DNA of 41,703 nt. Origin: Thermoplasmata archaeon. GTDB lineage: Archaea > Thermoplasmatota > Thermoplasmata > Lutacidiplasmatales > UBA184. Positions 8,764 to 16,424 of the stretch are shown here, in pieces. Location of the stretch: the NCBI GenBank assembly GCA_030038885.1, contig JASHQY010000010.1:1-41703 (forward strand), given 5' to 3'. Positions within the stretch are counted from its first letter, which is position 1. Each line of letters begins with the position of its first letter. The notes beneath the pieces are model-generated. The model was not told the DNA's origin and did no database searches. It worked only from the letters and a program-made list of their open reading frames with translations. The translations under genes were made by a program, and so were the position numbers.

Positions 8764-8792
8764 GTCAGACAAGACCCCGTTCTTTGTCTGAC
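8764..8792 (-). promoter_or_regulatory. 9-bp perfect inverted repeat (GTCAGACAA N11 TTGTCTGAC), a candidate operator or 5' hairpin of the RHH-ftsZ-like operon
   Basis: Arms 8764-8772 and 8784-8792 are exact reverse complements. The repeat lies between the TATA-like TTCATATAC (8814-8822, minus strand) and ATG 8759. Confidence 0.45.
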
Positions 8793-8996
8793 GATTGACA
8801 TATCGCGCCGCTCGTATATGAATCAGCCGCTCCGCCTCCGTGGACTCTCGGGGAGTGCCGGCTCGCTCAGTGCCGGCGCTCCGGGCCGCGCCTCGGCCCG
8901 TTGCGGCGGAAGGCATAGCACCTTAACCTCCGGGAGCGCGTGTCGAGCCCCGAGAGCGGCGGATCGAGGACCGGTCGTCGGCCGCTCCGGTCGGAG

Positions 8997-9050
8997 ATGG
9001 ACTTCCGCCGCGGAACCGAACGGGCCCGCTCGGCGAGGCGGGGAACGTGA
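8997..9050 (+). other. 17-codon uORF (MDFRRGTERARSARRGT) whose TGA overlaps the GTG start of the first 7TM gene
   Basis: Read codon by codon: ATG 8997-8999, stop TGA 9048-9050, main-gene GTG at 9047-9049 (GTGA). The same arrangement occurs upstream of the paralogue. Confidence 0.3.
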
Positions 9051-9844
9051 GCGCGCTCATTCCGGCGGGGCAGGTGCCGATCTCGGTCGCGCTCGTCGTC
9101 GTCAGCGGCGCCGTGGCGGTGGTCTTCTTCGCGATCGCGGACCGGCTCGCCCGTCGGCCGGTCTCCGAGAGCTCCCGCCTCGCCTCGTACCTGTTCGCCC
9201 TCTGGTGGATCGGGATCGGGACGTCGGTCGCGATCAACGCGGTGCTGGTCGGGCTCGCGCTCACCGACACGCTCCCGTTCCCGCTCGGGATCTCGATCTA
9301 CCTGGTGAGCCTGCTGGTCGACTGCGTCTTCCTCGCGGCGCTCGTCTCCGCCCTGACGTACGTCTACACGGGGTCGTACCATCTGCTCGAGATCGGCGGG
9401 TTCTACCTCGCGTTCTACGCGGTGCTCCTCGATTGGGCGCTCTCCCAATCGCCGGACGGGCTCTCCCTCCACGCGGGGGTCCCCGCGCTCGCGTTCACGG
9501 CCGCGGCGAATCCGGCGCTCACCGCGGCGGTCACGCTCGGCCTTCTCGTGCCGGGGGTCGCGGCCGCCGTCGCGTACCTCTCGCTCCTCCGGGAGACCGC
9601 CGATCGCTCGATCCGGTTCCGCATCGCGCTGGTCGGCGGAAGCATTCTGCTCTGGTTCGCCCTCGAGATCCTCGTTCCGTCCACGACCGCTTCGTGGGTG
9701 CTCACCCGGAGCGTGCTCGAGCTCGTCCCCGGGGGGTTGAGCCTCTTGGCCCTCATTCCGCCCGCGGGGGTGCGTCGCCGGTTCGGGGTGCCCGCCCCCG
9801 GCGGCAAGGAGGAGTACTACCGTCGTCGGCCGGCCGAGCGGTGA
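9047..9844 (+). CDS. seven-transmembrane protein, paralogue 1 (possible HisKA_7TM-like sensor module)
   Basis: 265 aa with seven hydrophobic segments. It is collinear, with no gaps, with ORF 10028..10825. Shared blocks: RLAS..ALWW, DC.FL, LTYVYTG.YHL, YLSLLR, GG.ILLWF.L...VPS.TA.W. Confidence 0.8.
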   Translation: MSALIPAGQVPISVALVVVSGAVAVVFFAIADRLARRPVSESSRLASYLFALWWIGIGTSVAINAVLVGLALTDTLPFPLGISIYLVSLLVDCVFLAALVSALTYVYTGSYHLLEIGGFYLAFYAVLLDWALSQSPDGLSLHAGVPALAFTAAANPALTAAVTLGLLVPGVAAAVAYLSLLRETADRSIRFRIALVGGSILLWFALEILVPSTTASWVLTRSVLELVPGGLSLLALIPPAGVRRRFGVPAPGGKEEYYRRRPAER

Positions 9845-9974
9845 GGCCGCACGCCCACCCCCGGGGGGCGGACCTGCCGGCGTCTCGATAGTAAGATAAC
9901 CCGCGCCCGCGCCTATTCGTCACGCGGCACCCCCCCCGCTCCCCGCTCCCGGGGGACGCCGCGCCAGGTCGACG

Positions 9975-10031
9975 ATGGAGGCGTTCCGACCCTGCTGCGT
10001 CCCCCCGGTCCTCCGGACGAACGTCCCGTGA
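9975..10031 (+). other. 18-codon uORF (MEAFRPCCVPPVLRTNVP) whose TGA overlaps the GTG start of the second 7TM gene
   Basis: ATG 9975-9977, TGA 10029-10031, main-gene GTG at 10028-10030 (GTGA). Confidence 0.3.
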
Positions 10032-10825
10032 GCGCCTTGGTCCCCTCCTCCCAGCTCCCCTCCGCCGTGGCCATCGTCGTGGTGAGCCTCGGGGTCGCCG
10101 CGGTCTACGGGTTCGTCGGAGTGCGCCTCTATCGCCGGCCGATCGCGCCCGCCGCCCGGCTCGCCTCGACGCAGCTCGCCTTGTGGTGGGGAGGGCTCGG
10201 TGCGGTGACCGCGCTCGGCGGGATCCAGGTCGCGGTCGCCGTGGCCGGCGCGATGTCGTTCCCCCTGGCCCTGACGTTCTACCTGCTCAGCGTGCTGCTC
10301 GACTGCGCATTCCTCTGGGGCCTCGTCGGGTTCCTGACGTACGTGTACACCGGTCGATACCATCTGGTCGCCCTGAGCGGGTTCTACGCATGGTTCTACG
10401 TCACCGTGCTCTACTTCGTCTTCTCGAAGCAGCCCCACGCGGTCGCGATGGTCGGCGGCCAGGTCACGATCGAGTACCTCTCGGCCGTGGCTCCCGCGCT
10501 CACCGTGATCGTCGTGCTCGGCCTCCTGGGGCCCGAGATCGTCGGCGCGATCCTCTATCTGTCGCTGCTCCGGCGCACGCACGATGCCGCCCGGAGGTAC
10601 CGGATCTGGCTGGTCGGCGGTGGGATCCTGCTCTGGTTCCTCCTCGACCTCTTCGTTCCGTCCTCGACGGCCAACTGGACGATCGCCCGCGGCGTCCTGC
10701 AGGTCATCCCCGGGCTGATGAGCCTCATCGCGTTCTTCCCTCCCGAGTGGGCACGTCGCCGGTACGGCGTGACGGTGGTGTCGAGCTCCGAGGGATTGGC
10801 GGAGAAGGCCGCCGGTAGCCCATGA
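10028..10825 (+). CDS. seven-transmembrane protein, paralogue 2, translationally coupled to the histidine kinase
   Basis: 265 aa with seven hydrophobic segments. Its stop TGA 10823-10825 overlaps ATG 10822 of the kinase (ATGA). Confidence 0.8.
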   Translation: MSALVPSSQLPSAVAIVVVSLGVAAVYGFVGVRLYRRPIAPAARLASTQLALWWGGLGAVTALGGIQVAVAVAGAMSFPLALTFYLLSVLLDCAFLWGLVGFLTYVYTGRYHLVALSGFYAWFYVTVLYFVFSKQPHAVAMVGGQVTIEYLSAVAPALTVIVVLGLLGPEIVGAILYLSLLRRTHDAARRYRIWLVGGGILLWFLLDLFVPSSTANWTIARGVLQVIPGLMSLIAFFPPEWARRRYGVTVVSSSEGLAEKAAGSP

Positions 10826-12147
10826 GCGGACGTCCGTCCCCGCCGGCCCGCGCCGAGCCGGAGGTCCCGCCGGTCGCCGCGCGTCGCGGGGGGTCGCCCC
10901 AACGCATCTGGCCGGTGCTCGCGGCCGGCCTCCTCGCCCGGCGACCGGCGCCGTCGGGGCTGTTCGACGATCAGACGCGGCTGCTCCTCGATCTTCCGCT
11001 CGGAGTGCTCCTCCTGGTCGATGACTCGGGTGTCGTGCGGTACGCGAACGTCGCGCTCGAGCGCTTCCTGGGCTACACCCCCCGCGAGGTCGTCGGGCGA
11101 CCGGCCGAGGAGCTGTTCGTCAGCGCGTCGCGTCCCGGCGTCCTCCGGCTCCTCGAATCCCACGTGCCCGGGGACCCGACCGCGTCCGGAGAATTCCGCG
11201 GGCTGCGCAAGAACGGCTCGGTCCTTCCCCTCCAGGTGGTCGTGCAGAGCGCGGTCGTCCCGGGCATGCAGGGGTCCAAGGTGACCGGCCTCTACCTCCG
11301 CGACTTCGCCGAGCGCGAGAAGCTGATCGAGGCGCTCGCCGGGCGGGCGGCCGAGCTCGCGCGCTCGAACCGCGAGCTGGAGCAGTTCTCGTACATCGCC
11401 TCGCACGACCTCCAGGAGCCGTTGCGGATGGTCGGCAGCTACACGCAGCTGCTCGAGCAGCGCTACGCCGCCCAGCTCGACGACGACGCGCGGGAGTTCA
11501 TCCGGTACGCGCAGGAGGGAGCGGCCCGGATGCGCCAGCTGATCGACGCGCTGCTCGCGTACTCCCGCATCGACACGCGCGGAGAGCCGTTCCGCCCGGT
11601 CGCGATGGACCAGGTCGTGTCGGTCGCGCTCGCGAACCTGCGCGAGTCGATCGCCGAGGCGAAGGCGATCGTCACTTCCGGGCCGCTCCCCGAGGTCACG
11701 GGGGACCCCGTGCAACTGGGCCAGGTCCTGCAGAACCTCCTCGGGAACGCGATCAAGTTCCGGGGGCCGAACCCCCCGCACATCGAGATCCGGGCCGAAC
11801 GCCACGGACCGGACTGGGTCTTCTCGGTCCACGACGACGGGATCGGGATCGCGCCCGAGTACCAGGACCGGATCTTCGTGATCTTCCAGCGCCTGCACAG
11901 CCGCGAGGAGTACCCCGGCACGGGGATCGGACTCGCGGTCTGCAAGAAGGTCGTCGAGCGCCACGGAGGCAAGCTCTGGGTCGAGAGCACCGGTCGGCCC
12001 GGCGAGGGATCGACCTTCCGCTTCACGATCCCCGTCGACCGGACGAAAGCCGCTCCGGTGCCCGTGCCGAAGGTCGATGCGATCTCGTCCGAGTCGAAGG
12101 CCGAGGCGCTGACGATGATCGAAGCTCGCCTCAAGGAACTGGTCTAG
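10822..12147 (+). CDS. soluble PAS-domain sensor histidine kinase (PAS-HisKA-HATPase_c)
   Basis: PAS: LLLVDDSGVVRYANVALERFLGYTPREVVGRPAEELF. H-box: FSYIASHDLQEPLRMV. N-box: LLGNAIKF. G-boxes: DDGIGI and GTGIGLAVCKKVVERHGGKLWVES. There is no hydrophobic segment. Confidence 0.92.
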   Translation: MSGRPSPPARAEPEVPPVAARRGGSPQRIWPVLAAGLLARRPAPSGLFDDQTRLLLDLPLGVLLLVDDSGVVRYANVALERFLGYTPREVVGRPAEELFVSASRPGVLRLLESHVPGDPTASGEFRGLRKNGSVLPLQVVVQSAVVPGMQGSKVTGLYLRDFAEREKLIEALAGRAAELARSNRELEQFSYIASHDLQEPLRMVGSYTQLLEQRYAAQLDDDAREFIRYAQEGAARMRQLIDALLAYSRIDTRGEPFRPVAMDQVVSVALANLRESIAEAKAIVTSGPLPEVTGDPVQLGQVLQNLLGNAIKFRGPNPPHIEIRAERHGPDWVFSVHDDGIGIAPEYQDRIFVIFQRLHSREEYPGTGIGLAVCKKVVERHGGKLWVESTGRPGEGSTFRFTIPVDRTKAAPVPVPKVDAISSESKAEALTMIEARLKELV

Positions 12148-12280
12148 CTCCGCGTCGACCGTATCCCTCGACGCTCGTCTCCCCCCGCCGTCCGGTCCGT
12201 GACTCGAGGTGGGCGCGAGCCCCCGTCCCGCGGCGGCTCCGGGCCACAAGACTTTACGCACGGACAGCGCTGGTCTCTGC

Positions 12281-12733
12281 ATGCCGATGGCCGAAGTGCC
12301 GGTCGCCCGCCCTGCCCAGATCCTGATCGTCGAGGACAACCCGGCGGATGCCCGGCTGGTCCGCGAGGTGATGCGCGACAGCAAGATCCTGAACGAGATC
12401 CACTGGGTGCCCGACGGCGTGGAGGCGATGGCGTTCCTCCGTCGGCAGGGAAAGTATCCGGACGCGCCGCGGCCGAACCTGATGTTCCTCGACCTCAACA
12501 TGCCGAGGAAGGACGGCCGCGAGGTGCTGCGGGAGATCAAGTCCGACCCCGATCTTCGCCGGATCCCGGTGGTCGTGATGACGTCCTCCCAGGCCGAGGA
12601 GGACATCGCGCGCGCGTACGACCACCACGCGAACTGCTACGTGCGCAAGCCGATCGACTTCGAGCAGTTCCACTCGGTCGTGAAGACGCTCGAGAACTTC
12701 TGGTTCTCCACGGTCGAGATCCCGACGCGGTAG
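12281..12733 (+). CDS. single-domain response regulator (CheY/Rcp1-like receiver)
   Basis: Motifs: ILIVEDNPADARL, FLDLNMPRKDG (phospho-acceptor Asp), VVVMTSS, YVRKP. I chose ATG 12281. The TATA-like ACTTTAC lies about 25 nt upstream. Confidence 0.88.
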   Translation: MPMAEVPVARPAQILIVEDNPADARLVREVMRDSKILNEIHWVPDGVEAMAFLRRQGKYPDAPRPNLMFLDLNMPRKDGREVLREIKSDPDLRRIPVVVMTSSQAEEDIARAYDHHANCYVRKPIDFEQFHSVVKTLENFWFSTVEIPTR

Positions 12734-12758
12734 CGCGCGGACGCCGGGGTACCGACCG

Positions 12759-13853
12759 ATGGGGCCGCCGGCCGTACGGGTCCTGGTCGTCGACGACAAC
12801 CCCGGCGACGCGCGCCTGGTCGAGTGGAGCCTCGCGCACGAGCCCGACGGGACGTTCGAGTGCGCCCGGGCCGGACGCGTCGCTGAGGCGCTCGCGCTCC
12901 TCGATCGGCGTCCGGCCGACGCGGTCCTCCTCGACCTGGGGCTCCCGGACAGCACCGGAGCGGATGGCGTCCGACGGATCCGCTCCCGGGCGCCCGAGAC
13001 CGCGGTGGTCGTGCTGACCGGTTCCGACGACCCGCGGCGGGTCCGCGAGGCGCTCGCGGCCGGGGCCCAGGACTATCAGGTCAAGGGCGTGTTCCCGCGG
13101 GGCCATCTGTCGCGGGTGCTGCGCGCGGCGATCGCGTGCCAGCGCGTCGAGTCCGCGATCGGCCGCGGGGACCTTCCCGACCCGGAGCGCTGGGAGGCGC
13201 ACGTCGGAGGGGAGGCGCTCGCCCTGTTCGCGGACGGCCGCTCTCCGCTCGTGAGCGAAGCGTGGGTCCGCATCACCGGGGTCCCCCGCGACGGGTCGGC
13301 GGAGCACCGCGCGCGCCTCGCCGGCCTCCTCGCGGCCGGACCGGTGGGCGAGACCGAGGTCGAATCGCCCGGACAGGGCCGTCGGACCGTCGAGTACGTC
13401 GTGCGCACGTTCGGCGAGGGCGGGGCCGTCCGGCGCCTCGTCCGGCTGCGAGCGCCTCCGTCGGCTCCCGCCCCGTCGTCGGGGCGCGGGGCCCCCGACG
13501 GCGAGGCGGTCCTCGACGCGGCGGCGTGGGATCAGCTCCGCGAACTGGCCGGTGCCGATCCCTCGTTCCTGCCCGCGGTGATCGACGCGTTCCTGGAGGA
13601 GGGGTCCGCCCTGCTCGCCGAGCTCCGCGCGGCCGCGAGCGCGGGCGATCGGGGCGGGGTGGAGCGCGCCGCGCACCGGCTCAAGTCGGCGTGCGCCCAG
13701 GTCGGTGCGCTCGATCTCGCGCGCCGTCTCGGTCGCCTCGAGCGCGAGAGCGCAGGACCCGCCGAGGGAGATCTCGGTCCAGAGATCGCGGAGATCGCCG
13801 GGGGCTTCCCGGCCGTCGTCGCGGCGCTGAAGCTCCGGCGCCCGGTGCAGTGA
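12759..13853 (+). CDS. response-regulator receiver fused to a PAS-like middle region and a C-terminal Hpt phosphotransfer domain
   Basis: REC: VLVVDDNPGDARL, LLDLGLPDSTG, VVVLTGS, YQVKG. C-terminal Hpt: ERAAHRLKSACAQVGALDLA (H..KS/G signature). Confidence 0.85.
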   Translation: MGPPAVRVLVVDDNPGDARLVEWSLAHEPDGTFECARAGRVAEALALLDRRPADAVLLDLGLPDSTGADGVRRIRSRAPETAVVVLTGSDDPRRVREALAAGAQDYQVKGVFPRGHLSRVLRAAIACQRVESAIGRGDLPDPERWEAHVGGEALALFADGRSPLVSEAWVRITGVPRDGSAEHRARLAGLLAAGPVGETEVESPGQGRRTVEYVVRTFGEGGAVRRLVRLRAPPSAPAPSSGRGAPDGEAVLDAAAWDQLRELAGADPSFLPAVIDAFLEEGSALLAELRAAASAGDRGGVERAAHRLKSACAQVGALDLARRLGRLERESAGPAEGDLGPEIAEIAGGFPAVVAALKLRRPVQ

Positions 13854-13869
13854 CCTCGGGACGGTCCCG

Positions 13870-14322
13870 CTACGCGGCGCGCTCCTTCGCGACCTGCTGG
13901 AGGACCTCGCGGATCTGCGCGAGCCGGATCGGCTTGTGGAGGACCTCGAACGCCCCGGCCTTGATCAGCGCCTGGACCCGGGGGTCGTCGCTCGGGTTGC
14001 CGGTGCACACGACGACCGTGAGGTCCGGGCTCTTCCCGAGCATGTAGCGCGCGACGTCGTGGCCGCCCTGGTTGGGGTTCCGCGGCTGGTGGAGGAGATC
14101 GATCGGCCCCGGGCCCCGCGCCCCCGCCCCCTCCGAGAGCGAGATGTCGAGGAACACGACCTGCGGGTGGAACTGGTCGAACGCCGCGACCGCCTCGCTC
14201 GCCGAACCGGATTCTCGCACGCTCTCCGCCGGCACGCCCTCCTGGGAGAGCGCCTGCTTGATCGTCAATCGGACGGTCGGGGAGTCGTCCACGATGAGGT
14301 AGCGGAGCGAAGTCATGACCAC
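13870..14322 (-). CDS. CheY-like receiver domain protein with an insertion after the phospho-acceptor Asp
   Basis: Motifs: YLIVDDSPTVR, VFLDISL, VVVCTGN, VLHKP. An extra Gly/Pro-rich segment of roughly 25-30 residues (SEGAGARGPGPIDLLHQPRNPNQGGHD) follows the acceptor Asp. Confidence 0.8.
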   Translation of the reverse strand: MVMTSLRYLIVDDSPTVRLTIKQALSQEGVPAESVRESGSASEAVAAFDQFHPQVVFLDISLSEGAGARGPGPIDLLHQPRNPNQGGHDVARYMLGKSPDLTVVVCTGNPSDDPRVQALIKAGAFEVLHKPIRLAQIREVLQQVAKERAA

Positions 14323-14442
14323 CGGCCCGGGACGCCCGGCGCGCGGACGCCCGTCGTGGAAGAAGGCCGTTCGCGGGTAATAGTTGCTTCGACGCCCCCG
14401 AAGGCCCGGCCCGGGTCGGCGCGTCCGGTCGAGGGGTGGCGC

Positions 14443-15966
14443 CTACACCACGCGCAAGAGCCCGTAGGGGGCATTGTCGTGACCTTCCGTGAGGACGAAC
14501 GTCGGCGTCCACGGGTCGGACCCGTGGAGGAAGATCCGCCCCTGGACCTGGCGGACGTGCAGCCGGAGCGCCGCGGTCGCGCGCAGGGGGTCGAGCAGGG
14601 GCGACTGGGACGAGCCGACCGCGATCGCGTGGATCGGGGAGCCGCGGACCGCCGCCTGGATCTGGCCCGGGAGGCGCTGCGCGATCTCCGGCGTGATCGC
14701 CATCCCCAGGGCGGTCGTGATCGCGACGAGGCCCTGGAGGAAGACGATGAACAGGCCGGGGGAGTCGGGGGTCGAGCCGGACCGCAGGAACTGGTCCATC
14801 CCGAGGTCGTCGGTCGGCGATACGGCGACCCCGTCGGCGGACGCGCCGAGTCGCACGATCGTCGACTCGAACTCCGACTTCCCCTCGTTCGGCCCGGCCG
14901 GGGGCAGGAGGAACCGCACCTGCTCGAGGAACCGGTGCCGCGCGATCGACCCGTGGAGGGCCTCCCACACGTCCTCGGGCAGCGTGCTCGCGTCGGGGAC
15001 GAAGATCACCCGGCCGTTCCGCTCGACCGTGTGCGCGAGCATCGGAGCGAGCAGGAGATGGGGGATCTGGTTCGGCACGTCCTTCTCGACCTCCACCAGC
15101 GTCGACTTGCCCAGCGGGAGCCGTCCGAAGCTGTCGGCGAACGCCCTCGACCCGGGCCAGAGAAGGCCGGGGAGCTGGTCGGGGGCGGGGTTGAACCGTC
15201 CCCCCTGCAACTGCCCGTACGGCCGGACCGGAACGATGCACTCGAAGTGGGCCGACTCGAGCGAGAACGGGTAGAGCGGGTTCTCGATCCGCACGCCCCG
15301 GAGCTTGAGGATCGTCAGCCACCGTTCGAGGCGGCCCTGCACGACCTCCCGGCTCGTGACGGCCACCCCGTTCACCAGGTAGTCGAGCTGGGTCTGGTCC
15401 TCGCGCTCGAGCACGAAGAGGACATGGGCGCGCACCCGGCCGAGGCGTCGGAGCAGCGAGCGTTCGATCTCCCCGCGGGTCGGGAGGTCCGCGCCGCCGT
15501 TCCCATGGCCGAGATAGGACTCGACCAGCGCCTCCCAGGAGTCGATGACGAGGAGCGACGGCTGCTGGGGATCGAGGCGGCTCCACGCCTCCTGGAGGGG
15601 ACCCGGGAGCCAGAGGAACTCCGTGAGCTCCCGGGTCGCGCTCGCGTCGTCGCTGAGCACGTTCCCCCCCGAGCGCAGCAGCGCTCGGGTCGCCTGCGAG
15701 AGGTCGGCGTTCTCGTCCGTGTTGTCGAGGACCTGGATCCCGTACCGTCCGTTCTGCCCCAACCAGGGGAACGCGAGCAGCACGTCGTCGCTCGGGACGC
15801 GATTCGTCACGAAGTGCCGCGCTCCCGCGAAGGACTGCAGCAGCGCGAGCGCGAGGCTGGTCTTGCCGGATCCGGGGGGTCCCCGCAGCAGCATCGACTG
15901 CGGTCCCGGGAGCTTGAGGAAGTCGACCAGCTCCCGTGGGATGGGTAGCGTCGCCCCCATGGCCAC
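14443..15966 (-). CDS. KaiC/RecA-superfamily ATPase, GvpD-like (N-terminal P-loop domain plus a degenerate second domain)
   Basis: Walker A LLRGPPGSGKTSLAL and Walker B SLLVIDSWEALV. The second half has only a degenerate P-loop (LPLGKSTLVEV). The TATA-like CTGTTAAC lies about 30 nt upstream of ATG 15966. Confidence 0.75.
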   Translation of the reverse strand: MAMGATLPIPRELVDFLKLPGPQSMLLRGPPGSGKTSLALALLQSFAGARHFVTNRVPSDDVLLAFPWLGQNGRYGIQVLDNTDENADLSQATRALLRSGGNVLSDDASATRELTEFLWLPGPLQEAWSRLDPQQPSLLVIDSWEALVESYLGHGNGGADLPTRGEIERSLLRRLGRVRAHVLFVLEREDQTQLDYLVNGVAVTSREVVQGRLERWLTILKLRGVRIENPLYPFSLESAHFECIVPVRPYGQLQGGRFNPAPDQLPGLLWPGSRAFADSFGRLPLGKSTLVEVEKDVPNQIPHLLLAPMLAHTVERNGRVIFVPDASTLPEDVWEALHGSIARHRFLEQVRFLLPPAGPNEGKSEFESTIVRLGASADGVAVSPTDDLGMDQFLRSGSTPDSPGLFIVFLQGLVAITTALGMAITPEIAQRLPGQIQAAVRGSPIHAIAVGSSQSPLLDPLRATAALRLHVRQVQGRIFLHGSDPWTPTFVLTEGHDNAPYGLLRVV

Positions 15967-16058
15967 CCGAACTATGCGTACCCCCCGTTAACAGGCTTTC
16001 GATGCGGAGGGGGCCGCGCGCCGATCGGACGCGGGCGGCGGAGGCAGGGGTCGGCGCC

Positions 16059-16349
16059 CTAGCACGCACCCCGGCTGACGACCTCCTCGCACGAGGAGGC
16101 GGGCGTGACCTCGAGGCTGCCGACCTGAGCGAACGGCCCGAGGTACTGGCGTACCGCGGCCTCGTTCGGTCCCTCGACGATCACGTAGAGATGGTGCTGG
16201 CCCCGCGCGACGGCATCCCCGACGAGGTGGAGGCCGGCCTTCGACGCGTTGGGGGCCGAGAGGATCTGCAGGAGGAACGGGGCCATCCGGGGGTCGCCCG
16301 CAGGGCAGTGGTCGGCGGCGTGACGGTGTTCCGCGACGAAGAGCGCCAT
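16059..16349 (-). CDS. small His/Cys-containing hypothetical protein
   Basis: 96-aa ORF directly downstream of the CADD-like gene on the same strand. Features: N-terminal EHRHAADHCPAG and C-terminal SSCEEVVSRGAC. I recognised no family. Confidence 0.55.
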   Translation of the reverse strand: MALFVAEHRHAADHCPAGDPRMAPFLLQILSAPNASKAGLHLVGDAVARGQHHLYVIVEGPNEAAVRQYLGPFAQVGSLEVTPASSCEEVVSRGAC

Positions 16350-16424
16350 GGCCGAACCGACACGGGAGGGGGTCTTGCCGCTGTCGATGCGCGCAGCGTT
16401 CCGGTCGGCCGGCAGGATCGGCCT

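Noticed and set aside
8760-8801. A longer RHH ORF starting at ATG 8801 (MSIVRQRTGSCLTS...).
   Set aside because: The extra codons are simply the inverted repeat read as protein. The ATG is only about 17 nt from the centre of the TATA-like box, upstream of the expected transcription start.
9047-10825. The idea that the 7TM paralogues are microbial rhodopsins.
   Set aside because: Neither protein has a Lys in the sixth or seventh hydrophobic segment to form a retinal Schiff base, and no rhodopsin-like motifs are seen.
12152-12174. A GCGTCGA N9 TCGACGC hairpin after the kinase stop, considered as a terminator.
   Set aside because: It is only a 7-bp stem built around a GTCGAC palindrome, with no following T-tract. 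That is too weak to call, although the next gene does seem to have its own TATA-like box.
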